From an uncultured virus (IMG/VR IMGVR_UViG_3300033068_001557) (lineage: Duplodnaviria > Heunggongvirae > Uroviricota > Caudoviricetes): DNA of 64,000 bases. The notes below the pieces were generated by a model. That model had not been told where the DNA came from. It ran no database searches and saw only the letters and a list, made by a program, of their open reading frames with translations. Position 1 is the stretch's first letter; every line of letters starts with the position of its first letter. Shown piece by piece: positions 1 through 13,300 of this stretch. A program made the position numbers and the translations under genes. The stretch is from IMG/VR virus record IMGVR_UViG_3300033068_001557; one strand, 5' to 3'.

Positions 1-77
1 TCAAAATTAGTAGCAGAGCCTATATAAACTCTATCATCTATTTTTGAAAATATTCCATATACTCCTGAATTTAACAT
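1..77 (-). CDS. GIY-YIG homing endonuclease, 5' fragment (runs off window edge)
   Basis: Manual translation from ATG at 77: MLNSGVYGIFSKIDDRVYIGSATNF..., carrying the GVY-x9-YIGS signature; overlaps the stop of the upstream gene; not in the ORF track. Confidence 0.8.
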   Translation of the reverse strand, partial: MLNSGVYGIFSKIDDRVYIGSATNF

Positions 78-931
78 ACTCTATCTATTTTACCAGTTTC
101 TATTAATCTATTTTCAATTTCTATAGAAGATTTACTTGTTACAAAATCTCTAAATTGCTGATATGTACCATATTTACTAAATTCACTATTTTCAAAAGAC
201 ATAAAATCCTTGAAACCCTGAATATCAGCTTTAGATGAAAGTATATGAATTTGTTCTGGTTCAAATACTACTTTTTCATAACCATATTTTCCTTCTAAAT
301 CTGTAACCAAAACAGAATTTACTTTATTAGGTAAATCGTTCCATTGATTTTGTAATTCACGTCTTGTAAGATTTATAGGGTTATTAGCATTTATTATTGC
401 AGGTATTAATATAGGATTACTTTCATTTCGTAATTGTTCTTTATATTCATCAGATAAGCTATCTTCAAATCTATTTGCAGCTTGTTCAGCTAAATCTACT
501 TGTAAATCTTTAGAAAATTTAGAAGCGTTTTCTTTATCTGTAAAAAAAATACCTATTTGTTTTTTACCTCCTATTAATCTATCTCTATTTGGTTTTTTAA
601 ACCCTTCTCTATTTATACCAGATTCACCTCTTAATCTATCTGTGCCATGATAAACAATATCTTGTACTTTACTATCAGGAAATATAGTATTAAGATATTG
701 AGAATATTGCTCTTGTGTACCAATAGAAGCTAATTCAGAATTTTGTTCAAATACAAAATTTACTCCTTGTTTAATAATTATTTTACCAACTAAATCTTCA
801 GCTTTAGGAAAAGCATTAGTATTACCATTCTCTTGCCATACAGCTACTTTAGCACTTACTAAAGCAGGGTGCATGTTTATATCTTGAGATAGTTTTACTA
901 TTCTAAAATCATCTATACTTAAACAATTCAT
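71..931 (-). CDS. ADP-ribosyltransferase-like (ART-PolyVal type) domain protein
   Basis: VYHGT...GIFFT...E-x-VVF motif pattern typical of ART-like domains in phage polyvalent proteins; catalytic activity not shown. Confidence 0.6.
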   Translation of the reverse strand: MNCLSIDDFRIVKLSQDINMHPALVSAKVAVWQENGNTNAFPKAEDLVGKIIIKQGVNFVFEQNSELASIGTQEQYSQYLNTIFPDSKVQDIVYHGTDRLRGESGINREGFKKPNRDRLIGGKKQIGIFFTDKENASKFSKDLQVDLAEQAANRFEDSLSDEYKEQLRNESNPILIPAIINANNPINLTRRELQNQWNDLPNKVNSVLVTDLEGKYGYEKVVFEPEQIHILSSKADIQGFKDFMSFENSEFSKYGTYQQFRDFVTSKSSIEIENRLIETGKIDRVC

Positions 932-934
932 ATA

Positions 935-1288
935 TTATTTTAAATTAATTAGTTTGTAATTTGTACTTGCTAAAAGTTCAATTATATCATCAGATATTTG
1001 TTGAAGATAACCGTCAGTTAATGTAAGTCTGTATTCTTCAATTTGTTTAATACATTCTTTAATATAAGATACCATATCAACTCCTTCTTTAATTGTGATT
1101 TGAGAATAGTTAGAAATAATACCATATTTACCCTGATAATTTTCAATAAACCTGTCTCTTAAATCTACAATATCTTTATAAAGTTGGTCTAAACACATGT
1201 GTTTACTGTAACTTGTAGTTTGCAAATGAGCAATATGAGCGACTACTTCTATTTCAAATAGTTTTGCTGAAAAATCTTGTACTGTCAT
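935..1288 (-). CDS. Ferritin/Dps-like four-helix protein (DUF5856-like)
   Basis: AHIAHLQTTSYSKHMCLDQLY...DRFIENYQGKYG pattern of phage ferritin-like proteins. Confidence 0.7.
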   Translation of the reverse strand: MTVQDFSAKLFEIEVVAHIAHLQTTSYSKHMCLDQLYKDIVDLRDRFIENYQGKYGIISNYSQITIKEGVDMVSYIKECIKQIEEYRLTLTDGYLQQISDDIIELLASTNYKLINLK

Positions 1289-1300
1289 AATTTTTAATTT

Positions 1301-1311
1301 TTGTAAAGATA
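1301..1311 (-). promoter_or_regulatory. Bacteroidota-type -7 promoter element (variant)
   Basis: TATCTTTACAA upstream of the ferritin-like gene. Confidence 0.45.
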
Positions 1312-1372
1312 CAACATAAAGTATTTTACATTGTATCTTTAATTATTTTCAATTTTATTTTTAATTATTAGT

Positions 1373-4300
1373 TTATAGACATTCAATTAATTTGTCTTTT
1401 TCTTGTTCAGTTAAAGAATCAAACATGTCTTCTGTTATTTCAGGATATTTCTTTTGAATATCTGTTTGAACAGTTTCCCACATTGTAACTTTTGGTTGAG
1501 CTTTTAAAGCATTTAATAAATCATCATAAGTCAAATTACCTTGAAACTCACTATCAGATAAACCAAATTCTGCTTGGATTCTTTGTTTGATAGAACCTTG
1601 TTGTTTTCTTGATTCTCTATAATCTTCTTCAGATTGAACTGTCTTATTTCTACTTGCTTCTATTTCTGCAATTCTTTTTACAATAGGGTGTTTCATTAAT
1701 AACATAACATTATCAAAGTTATTTCCTGTTGCAATCATAGTCAATGCTACTGGTAAAGTATTAATTGTTAAGTTAAATACGTCAGCTAATTGTTCTTTAG
1801 CATTATCTGTCATAGCTGCCAATACTGAGGCTAAAGTATCTTGAATACGTTGTTTTTCTTTTTCATCAATTATTTCCTGATTATTTTTATCTAAAGATAA
1901 CAATTCAAAAGCATTAGAAGCTAATACTGGATTTTCTGTAGTGACATTATATTTAACTAATAAACCAAATAAGTTATTAAATAAAGCAGCAGGACCAATA
2001 TTAGCAGCACCTGTTGAGATAGCCATATCAGCTTTAATTTTAGAAAGCATGTCATGAATACCATAACCCATTTCTTTTTTAATTAATCCTTCTTTATCAA
2101 GAACTTTTACTAATTTTTTAAATATCTCTAAACTTGTAGGAGTATTAGCAATTTTATTATTACCGTAATTATTAGTAAGTTTTCTTTCTAATTCTAATAA
2201 ATGATTATTTAATTCTCCTTTAGTAATAGGATTAATTTTTTCAACATCACTTTCTTCAGTACTATTATAATAATTATAATTAGTTTCAATAGTTTCTTTA
2301 TTTTTAGCTATCCATTGTTCTTTATTAAAGAGAATATCATTAATATCAAAACTTTGTTTTATTAACTCTAATTCTAATGATTTTATTTCATCTTTTACTT
2401 CATTTAATATTTTAACAATATTTTGTTTTTCTTTTTGAAGAAACTCTATTGTGTCTATATTAATAGCTTCTTTTAATTTTTTATTATTCTCTTTTAATAA
2501 ACCATCAATATCTGCTCTTTCTTTTTGAAGTTTTTTTAATTCAATGTTATTTTCTTTTAAATCATTAAAAGTATGAGCAACCTTTCTATCTTCAAAAGAT
2601 TCAGCCAAATATTCATTATAAGCCTGAAAAGACGCTTCTTCAAGTGTTGGTTTAGATAAATATGAACCATATAATTCTGTTTTTTTGTTTAATACATTAC
2701 TATAAGTTTGAGTTACTTTTGCATATAAAGAGTCAATATCAAAGTCAGCACCAGACAAATTAACAATTTCATAAGGCATCATAATAACATTACCATAACT
2801 ATCAGGTAAAATATCTACAATTTTAGCATTAATCATAGAGTGTTTATCTTCTGTTGGAATACGAATACCTTGTAAATATAAGAATTGTTCAGGTATTTCA
2901 CCTTTATAAAATTGTTCTTTAGTAAACCCAAATTTCTTTAAAAATCTTTCACTTACAACAATTTCAGAATAATACTCTAAAACTTTGTAAATAGGTTTAC
3001 CATCTTTATCATAGCTAATTTCACCATTTTGTTTTGTACTATATTTTCTAACTTCAACATCATGTCTAAGTCTATGGCTTATAAATTTAGATTTATCAAA
3101 AGAATAAGTATTTTTAGTTTCATTGTTTGTTAATGTTCTAATAATATTGCCTTCACCATCAACTTCCCTCATAAGATTAAATCCTATTTCAGACATTAAT
3201 GTAAATTTACTTCCTGCTGTTTTTTGTTTTAAAACACCATTACTAATAAATGATAAAAACATTGCTTGATACTTTGTTTCAATAGCAGGATTGTTTAAAT
3301 TGTATTTTGGTTTACCATTTTCTATTTGAAATAACTCTAATATTTGAGGGTCTGCTGAAGAAGCTTGTATTGACTCATTAAAAGAAGCTAACATGGTTTC
3401 CCATTTTTCACTTCCATCTTTGTCAATAATTTCTTTTTTCAATTTATCAAAACCTCTTTTAATTCTAAGTGCCTGAAGTTTTTCATAAGTAGAAAGAACT
3501 GTTTTAAGAGTTGTTTCCTTATCTCTGAATTTAACTATAACATTAGCGTCTTGTTCTGTAACAATTAATCTTTGTTTTTGAGTACCATCAATAATATTGT
3601 TTTTAACACCATCTGTTTTTTGCTGGTCTACCATACTTGAATTAGCAATTCTAATAGGTTCAATAGTATTATTACCATCATTATCTTTATAAAGATAAGG
3701 TTTACCATTTTCTATTAAATGAACATTAGTTTTATTTCTTTTCCAAGCACTATCATAAACCATTACAGCATTATGCTGTTCTGAAATATTTAATAAATTG
3801 TGTCTGTATTCCATTCCAGGAATAGCTTCAAACATATTATGATATCTTTCTAAACCTTTAAAATACTCAATAACGTTTTCATCATTTTTATATTTAGGAT
3901 TAAATAACTCATTTTGAAATCTTAGTTTATATTCAAATAACTTAGTATGTAAAGCAATAGCATCTTCTTTAGACTCATATCTTTTTAAACGAGATACTTC
4001 ACTTCTCAATAAAGGAGCAATAGATGTTTTCAAATAATGTTCAAAACCATAACCTTGAGTTTTATTTGATTGGTGTTGTGCTTGGTTATCATATAAATAT
4101 TGATATTCTTCAGCAGTAGGAGTTTCTAACCCACTATCAATTTTTCTATAAATTTCTCTTATTTTTTCATCATTAGCACCTTTGTTTTTTAATATAGTAG
4201 TTAAATGCCAAAAAGGATTTGAAAATGTTTGAGCATCTGTTGTATCTGTATCATCTTTTACTTCAGATTTAATTATTATCACATTGCTTTCACCACTACC

Positions 4301-7300
4301 ATAATTATTACCACTACCAATAATACCACCTGCTCTTTTAACCCAGTCAACAGCATCTTTAGCTACATTAGCATTATCGCCATACATTAATGAGTTAATA
4401 CTATATGACATTACATAATCATTTAAAAAAGCATTCATCAATTTAGTTCTATCTACTAAATTAGAATCTTTCTGCATAAACCCTTCAGGCAATAAATTAG
4501 AAACTTCTTGACTTTCATCATTAACTTTAATAATGTTAATATCCGTTTGTTTTAAAAGTTTTATAAAATCTTCAAATTGAATATTAAAAAATCTTTGTAA
4601 TTCAGTATTAATAAAATCTTCTTTTTGAGTAGTTAATGGAATTCCTTTTCTTGCATCTTCTGTAAGAGTATGTAAATCAACAGCAATATTAGCAAAGTTA
4701 AAGAATTTTGTACCACGAGGACTTAATTTAGAAACAGAAACTTCTTTTAATTGTTGTTTTGTAAGTTCTTTAGCAATATTATTATCATTAATATCTAAAT
4801 AATAAAATTTATTTTCAGAATTTTTAAATACTTTTACATCACCTAAATCTTTAAATTTTTCATTTACATAATGATAGTTTTCAGAATAACCTGATTTTTT
4901 ACCATTAATAAATTCATCAATTTCTTTTTGTACTTTTGTAATTCTATCATATTCTTGTTTAAACATAAAGAACATCATCTCTTTTGCTTTTTCAGTAATA
5001 CCTGAACTATTTACCATTTCATTATAAGGTAATAGTACAATAGGTACTGTAGATTTACTTTCAGGTTGTGTAAATTTATAATAAGCAAATTTTTGTTCAC
5101 CTACTTTTTTAATGTTATATTGATTGTATTCTGATTCTGCTAACAAGGATAATTGATAAACTATTTTTGCAGTAGTATCAGCATTAGAATAACTTCTACC
5201 TTCACTATCAGAAAATAAACCATATCCTTTAGAAGAAATGTTAAGTTCATCACTATTTTCTCTTTCAGATACAGCTAATTCATCTTGTCTAATACCTCCA
5301 GCATAAGACATGTTTAAAGTAGAAAAAATCATGTTTAAATAATCATCTTCTTTAGATTGTAATAAAGGATTATTATCAATTGTTTGAAGAAAATTATCTA
5401 CTTGTTTTTCTGAAGTAAAGAAACCATAAAAATAATAAGTGTTATTAATATCATTATTTAATACTAATTTTTTAAAAGTATCAGCATCTTTTGTTTTAAT
5501 GTAATCTTTTAATATGGATACATTTACAGTATCCTTTAAAAGGTTTAGTCTTCGTGAAATATCTGATGGTGGTACAATATCATAAATACGTTTACCTTCT
5601 TGATTATTAAATGAAGATGGAATAACTGTAGGGTCAAACATACCAACACTTTCTCCAATATCTTTTAATCTTGATATAACACCAATATCTAATACTTGAC
5701 CATCTTTTACATTTGTATATATTGAATAAGTTTCATAAGTTTTAGCTTGTAATAAAGCATTTTGAATACCTGCTAAAGCTTCTTTATCAAGAGCTTTTAT
5801 ACCACTTGCAGAAAAATTAATAAACCAATCATATTGTTTATCGCTCAATAATTGTTGTTGATTAATAGATACTACATAATTAATTAAAGAATATTTTATA
5901 TAACCAGAAGGTAATTCAATACCTAATTTAGAAAATTCTTTTTGAATTTTATTTATGTGATTTTTTATTTCTTTAACTTTTTCTTCTGATGATAAGTCTT
6001 TAGATAAAATACTTACATAATCTTGTAAGATATTTTTATCACTATCTTCATAAATATCATTATAATCATCAATAAACTTTTGAAAAGTTACTGAATCATC
6101 TACTCTTTTAGACTCCCAATTCTTTGTCCATCTATTGAATACTTGCTTAGCAACTTCTCTATTATTAGCATTTAAAAATCTTGTAACACCACTTTCATCA
6201 AATACAATATCCCATAAGAAAATTCTATTTTTCTCTAAATCGGAAGCCATGAATGTAAAATATTCTGAATTGTTATTTAAATCAGAATAAGAAACTGATT
6301 TTAAAGTTTCATATAAATCATCTAAATTAGATGTATTAGTTACAGGAATATCTATTTTATCTTTTAAATCATTGTAAATATCTTTAAACCAATGTTGTAC
6401 AAAATACTTCATTTCAGGAGATGTATCAGCCATTGAATAAACCATACCTATCATTTTATAGGAAGGAGTATTTACTAACATCTTAATTAAATTAGAATAT
6501 AGATTACTTCCTCTTATAGCAAATTCATAGTTTTTAACAAGGTCTGTATTACCTTCTTTCTCTTGCTGTTCCATAAAATTAATGAAAGGTTGACCTATAT
6601 TAAATAAGTCTGTTTTCATTGAAGCAGAAGAAATATATTGTTTTACTCTTTTACTTGCTTTCTCCCAAGCATGATTAATTTCATTGGTTTTTTTACCAAT
6701 AATACCATTATTATCACCATCACCATAATCATTTTCAGAGTCTTCTACTTCATTAATATTTTCATCACTTTGTTCTTGTAGTGTAGAAGCTTCTTTTGAA
6801 ATATTGTACAAAGGAAGCCTATTTAAAACTTCTTCTCTGATAATATCAGCATTTTGAATTTTATTTAATTTCTTATACAATTCTATTTTATCTTTATCAT
6901 AAAATAAATTAGAATATACTTCACTCATTTGAGTAAAAGTTCTCATTCTTAATGATCTATCACCAATTGTTTGTAAAAGACTTTGATTATAATCATTTGT
7001 TGGATTAAATCTTTCTCTTAGTTTTTCAATTACATTATTAATTTCATCATTAGTAATTGTTTTAATACCTTGTTTAGCTATTTCATTAGTTACTGTATTT
7101 ATGATAGTTTCACTTAAAACATTACTAAAATAACTTTCTTTTTTAACAACTGCTCCTGTGGTAGTCATTAAAGATTGTCTTCTAATTAAAAGCTTATTTA
7201 CATCAGCAGAAGTAACTCCTTTTCTTTGAATAGGATATTTTTCTTTAGCATTTTTAAATTTACCTGAATAAATATCTTGAAATAATCTTGTAATATCATT

Positions 7301-10300
7301 TTCAACTTTTTTATTTCCAAATAAAGAATTAATAAAATCTTTAATTTTAGTAAATATTCTTTGTAGCCAAGATTGTTTTACAGGAGTTTTTGTTTTAGTA
7401 AAATCCATAAATGCATCAGCCATTTTTTCTTCTAACCAAAGATTTTTTAATTCTCTTTGAGAAAGATTAATTAAATCAGAAGATGAATTTTTTAATTCTG
7501 TAAGTTGTTCTTTTGTTGGAGAACCATATAATTCTTCAGCAGCTTTTAAATATTTAGTAATTTTACTGTCAGTTAAAAACATTCTGAATATAGCATGAAA
7601 TGCTTCATGATATTCTATACCTTTAACAGATTTACCTTCTTGAGTAGCTAAATAAATAGTTTTCATTTTAGAAATAAACCTACCAGCAACTTCGCCTTTT
7701 GTTTTAAGATTTTTTAAAATATCTAAAACATCAGTTATTTCAATAACCCCATTAGGATTATCTTTAGTTTTAACAGGAAGTATTTGCATTAAGTTTTTAA
7801 CTGCTTGATTGTACTCTATTAAATCTTGTTCAGAAAGTTTTAAAAGTTTATTTACACCACCATCATTTCCTTCTAATTTAGCAGCATTAACTATTTTTAA
7901 AAACTCTTCTAATGATTGAGGAATGTTATACTTCTTTTTAAATAATTCATGCATCATTTTAAAAACATCTTCATTTGAAGATGAATCAAAACTATCAATA
8001 ATATCATCTAAAGACAAACCTAAAGAGATTAGTGTATCGGTAGCAGGAGAGTTTTTAACAACAGTTGGTTTTATTTCTTCTTTTTTATTAGTTCCTAAAG
8101 CAGCTAATTCTGCATCATATTTAGTAATAGCATTTAAAACTTCATTATATAGTTCTTTGGAATCTATATTTGCGGCTTTTGCAACTAATTCTATATTGGG
8201 AGTATTTATTATTCTTGGATTACTTAAATCGAATCTTTTTGTAGTTTTATTTATGAAAACTTTTACTACTTCTGCTTTTTTACCATTATAACTGTTATTT
8301 GGAACTATATAAGCAACTCCTAAACTTAAATTAACAAATATTCCTGTATCATTAAAAGTATTATAATCCCATTTTGTAACATCACTATCTAAATTATTTT
8401 CTTGTATTTGAATTGTAGAATACTCTTCTAATGACACTAATCTACTACCGCCATAAGTACCATCATTCATTAAAAACAATTGCCCTTTTTGTAAATCTTC
8501 TCGTCTTCTTCTTTCTATATCAGCTTTTTTAGCTTCTATTTCAGATTGATTAGATGTAGTAGGTATTGTTTCTGCTTTGGTTGTTTCTTTGAGGGATTGT
8601 TCTGTTGTTTTAGGTTCTAAAGCAGCTATTTTTGCATAAGCACTACTGTCTTTTCTACCTACTTCTTCTGAAACAAGTTTTTCTTCTTGTTTAACTTCTT
8701 GAGAAGATTTTAATTTTTCAACTTCAGTTCTTAATTTACTATTTCTAGCTAAAGAACTTTTTAACATAGGAAGATTATCAGAATCTAAACCTAAGTTTTT
8801 AGCAGCCTGTATTAATAAATCATCTTCACTTAAAGAATTTGTTACTTTAGGATTTAACATATCCATTATAGCAACACTATTAGAAGATACTGCATCAGGA
8901 CTATTACTAATAACTTGTTCTACTGTAGTAGCTTCTTCTTGTTTTTCTAATATTTCATTATTAGATTGATTTAATATACCAAGCAATTCATCTTCAGCTT
9001 TTTTAATTTGTTTTTGTTTTTCTCTATTTCTTACATTCTCTGAAAAATTAGTAATATCTAAAAATTTAGAATTACCTGGTCTTAAATATAAGAAATAATT
9101 TAAATCTTGTTTAATTTGAAGATTTTCTAAATCTTGTTGATTTTCAGTATTCAATAAAAAATTGTTATAAAAACCAGTAATAACTGCTTTGTTATTTTTA
9201 GTCATTTGTCTTACTGCATTTAATACAGTAAATTGTTTTTTATCAGATTGAAAATCTTCTTTGCTAAATTGTTTTCCTGATAATAATAAGTTACCAATAG
9301 TTTCATTTAAATCATTAATTACTTCTGAATAAGGTTTTAATTTTTCAATTTTTTCAGCTAAAGTAATTTTACTTTCTTTAAATTCATTAAATACTTCTAT
9401 TGCTTTTTCATTACCTTTTGTATTTATTTTTACAAAATTAACTCCATTAAAATAAATGTATGTATTAACAAAAGATTTATTTTTAGAAATATCCTGTACT
9501 TGAAAAGATAATTCTCCTGAAGGAGAGATTAAAGGAGTTATTTGTATTTTAGAATCTCCTGCATTTTTAACAGTAAAGAAAATATCTCTTATGTATTTAG
9601 TATCTGATTTATCAATTTCATTTGATTTTTTATCTTTAAATTTATTGAAAAAGTTTTTTACTTCAGTACTTATTTTTTCTGTTAAAGGTTGAATATTTTT
9701 TTTGTTTTTAATAAATTCTGTTACAAATTCTCCTTCATTGTTTTGAAGTTTACCAATAGTTTCATTAGTAGTATATAATGGTTGAATATAACCATTAGGT
9801 TGAAAAATAATCAATGAGAATAAAGCAGGTTTTGAATCAACAAATCTACTTTTATCTTTATTTTCATGACTTTTAAATAATTCAGATATAGGTAATTGTA
9901 AATCAGAACCTTCTACATTATTCCAAACAACTTTATTATTACTGTCTCTTTCAAGTTTTCCATTAATAACTTTAACAAAATATTTTTGACTAAATCCTTG
10001 TCCAGTAGGAGAAGATTTGCCAAATATAATAATATCCTGACCATTAACATTTTTAACAGCAGATTTAGTAATTAAATCATCAGGATTATCTAATATTTCT
10101 TCAACTCCTCTTGGTTCAGAAGAAGGTGTTATATTCATTGTTGTTTGAGAAGTAAACGCATTATTAGAAAGAATGCCATTTACTTTTTTATCTAATTCAT
10201 CAAAAGAATAATTTCTTATTTTAGAACTTCCTACTGTAACACCATCTTTTAATAAAAATAAAAGTTGTTTTGAAAAATCATTCAATTCAGATAAATATTG

Positions 10301-13300
10301 TCCAACAACTAATCTGTCTTCTTCTGTAGAAATAATATCTTGTGGAAATAAATGTGGTAATAACCATTGTAAATAATTATCATTATCTAATTTTGTAAAA
10401 TCAATCTGAGACCAATTTCCTTTAGAATCTTTAATATAAATTTGATTAGGCATTGTAAATCCACCTAATTCTTGTCCTTTATATAGCATTTTAAGATTAT
10501 AAGAAAATCCTGTTCCCTGAATACCATTTACAATTTTTACATTTTCATTATTAATTGTAGGTTCTGTTTCACTTACTGTTTTAGGATTTTCTATTTCTTC
10601 AAATGTAAATGTAACATTACTTCTAAATTCTTCTTCTTTTTCAGACTGAGTTTTAGTTTTATCTAAAGAAGTAATTGCATCATTTAATGCTTTTTGTTGT
10701 TCTTCAGAATTTTGTAATCTAAATAAATTTTTAATATCATGAAAAATAGGAAGTTTTTTATTTTCTTTTTTTGTTTTAACTTCTTCTTTAACTTTATCTT
10801 GTATAGATTTAATTTTATCTTTAATTTCTTTAATAGTTTTATTAATAACTTGTTTAAGTTCATCAGATATTTCTAATTCTTTAATAGCTTTTAATTCTTC
10901 TATTTTTTCTTTTAAATCATTAATATTATCAATATCATTAACAGCATCAATTAATTCAGATATTTGATGTTTAGCTTCCGCTGTAATCTCATCATCTTTC
11001 TCATCTATTTGTAAATCTACATTTTTCTTAATTTCTTTTACAGTATCTTCATCTATTTCTGCACCTTGATTATGTAAAAACTTTTGTGCTTCACCTTTAA
11101 GATATTGAATTTTAAATTCTCTTTTAGTAACTTCAATACCTTTTATAAATTCTTCCTGACCTTCTTTAGTATTAAGATGATTATATGTACCAATTAATTC
11201 ATGTCTTTTAGATTGAATTTTTTGTAAATCTTGTAATGCTTGAGCAATATCATTCTTATCAAATATATTTTGATTTAAATGTGTTTGTATATCATTTTTT
11301 AAAGCTTCATATTCAGTTATAGCATTTTTAAAGCTGTCCATATCTTTAAAGTTATAATCAATATTAAAACCATGATTGGCTAATTTAGATTGGTTTTCAC
11401 CAAATTTAGTTATTTCTCTTTCAAAAAGACTTTCATAATTTTTAATTCTTTTTTGAACTTTATTTACTTGTGCTTGATTTTCTTTATATTCAGCATCTTC
11501 TTCTGATGTTGTATGTTGAAAAGCACTATATCTTTCTAATAAAGCTAAGTCTTTTAAATAACTTTGTAAGTGTTTTGAATATTGACCTTGAGTAAGATTA
11601 TACCAAGTATTATGAAAATTCATTAAATTTTTAACTTTTTCAGTATCAATAGTCTTAGTTTTAGATAATTTATCTTTAATATTATTTACTAAACTATCTT
11701 CTCTACTATCTAAATCATTAGTTGTGTACATTAAATGATGAATAGCTTCATTATATAATCTTGCATTTTCATCATTAAAATTTCTTACAGGTGCAACCTT
11801 AGATGCTAAATCTTTTGTTTCTTGAAAATTTTTTATTTTATTATTAAAAGCATCTATAACTTTTTTCTTTCTTTCAGATAATTCATTATCTGTTAAAGCT
11901 CTTTCATTATTATCTATATTATTATATCCAAATTGTTTAGCAAATTCTTGATTATCCATTGTTTTAATCATATTTGCATATTGTTCTTGAGATTCATTTA
12001 TTAAACCTACATTATCACGAGTTTTAATAAATGAAAATATAGAATCATTTTCTGCATTTTTAGCTGAAAAGAAATCACCATTTTTAAGAGCTTCATCTCT
12101 TTCTTGAGTAGTTTTATATAAAACAGAATTTTCTTGTAATTGTTGTTTTATATTATCTATATTAACAGATGATGCTTGTTTAATAGCATCTTTAATAGCT
12201 TTTTTTTCTTGTGATTGTTCTTCAAAAGCTTCTGCTATACCACCTTCAAAAGAAGCTATAATTTTATTACCAAAACCTTTAACATTTTTAGTTTTACCAG
12301 TAGCTATACCCATTCCTGGAATACCCATAGCACCTATAATAAAGCCTATTCCTGCATCTTCAGATCCATAAGTATCTTTAAAATTTTTACCAAAGGATTC
12401 TATTAAATTGAAACTATCATTATACGCTGTAGCATCAAATTTCTTTTTAATATAATCCTGACCTATAGCCTGAAACTCTCCTTGAAGAGCTTCTTCATTC
12501 ATCTCTGTTAAAGGATTTTTTAATACTTTAGATGTAGTATAAAGAGTTTTTCTTAATTTTGAAGTATTATCAAATGCAGCATTTAAAGTACCTCTAAGTG
12601 CATAATCTTTAGCTAAATCTTTAGCTTCTGTATCTACAGCACTTTTACCAAATAATTTTAAATCTGTAGAAAGTCCTTTACCAAATATATTTTTAAATTG
12701 AATAAAATTATCTACTGATAATAATGCCATATTAGCACCAAATATTAAATTAGCAGTTTTTTTAATTTCACCATCAGCTTCAGCTAATTGTTGAGCATTA
12801 GGTTCTACTCCATATTGTTGTTTATATTGTTCTGCATAATTCTTTCTTGCAGTATCTAAAAATTGCCTTGTTTCTACTCCAGCTTCATAACCACCACCAG
12901 CAACTCCAGATTTCACTATGTCTTTGCTCCATGCTTTTAATTCAGCAGCAGAAGCTTCTCCTCTAAATGCTGAAAATATTTTCTTAGCTCTTGACATTAA
13001 AGAAGCTGTTTCAGCAGCCTGTAATTCAGCAGTTGCTCCAAAAGTAGCAGCAGTTAAAGCAGATAAAGCCATTTCTGATAATACAGCACCTACAGTAAAA
13101 GACATGCCTCCTAAAAATTTATCTCCCCAAAATTGAGCATTATTTAATTGACTAAAAAATCCTTCTTGTTCTTGTGCTTTTGTAGCATACACTTTTAAAT
13201 TATCATCTAAATATTCAGAACCATTATCAAAAAATCTACGAACATCATTATCATAAAATTTAGTAAAATCACCATTAACAATAGCAATTGGTATTGATAA

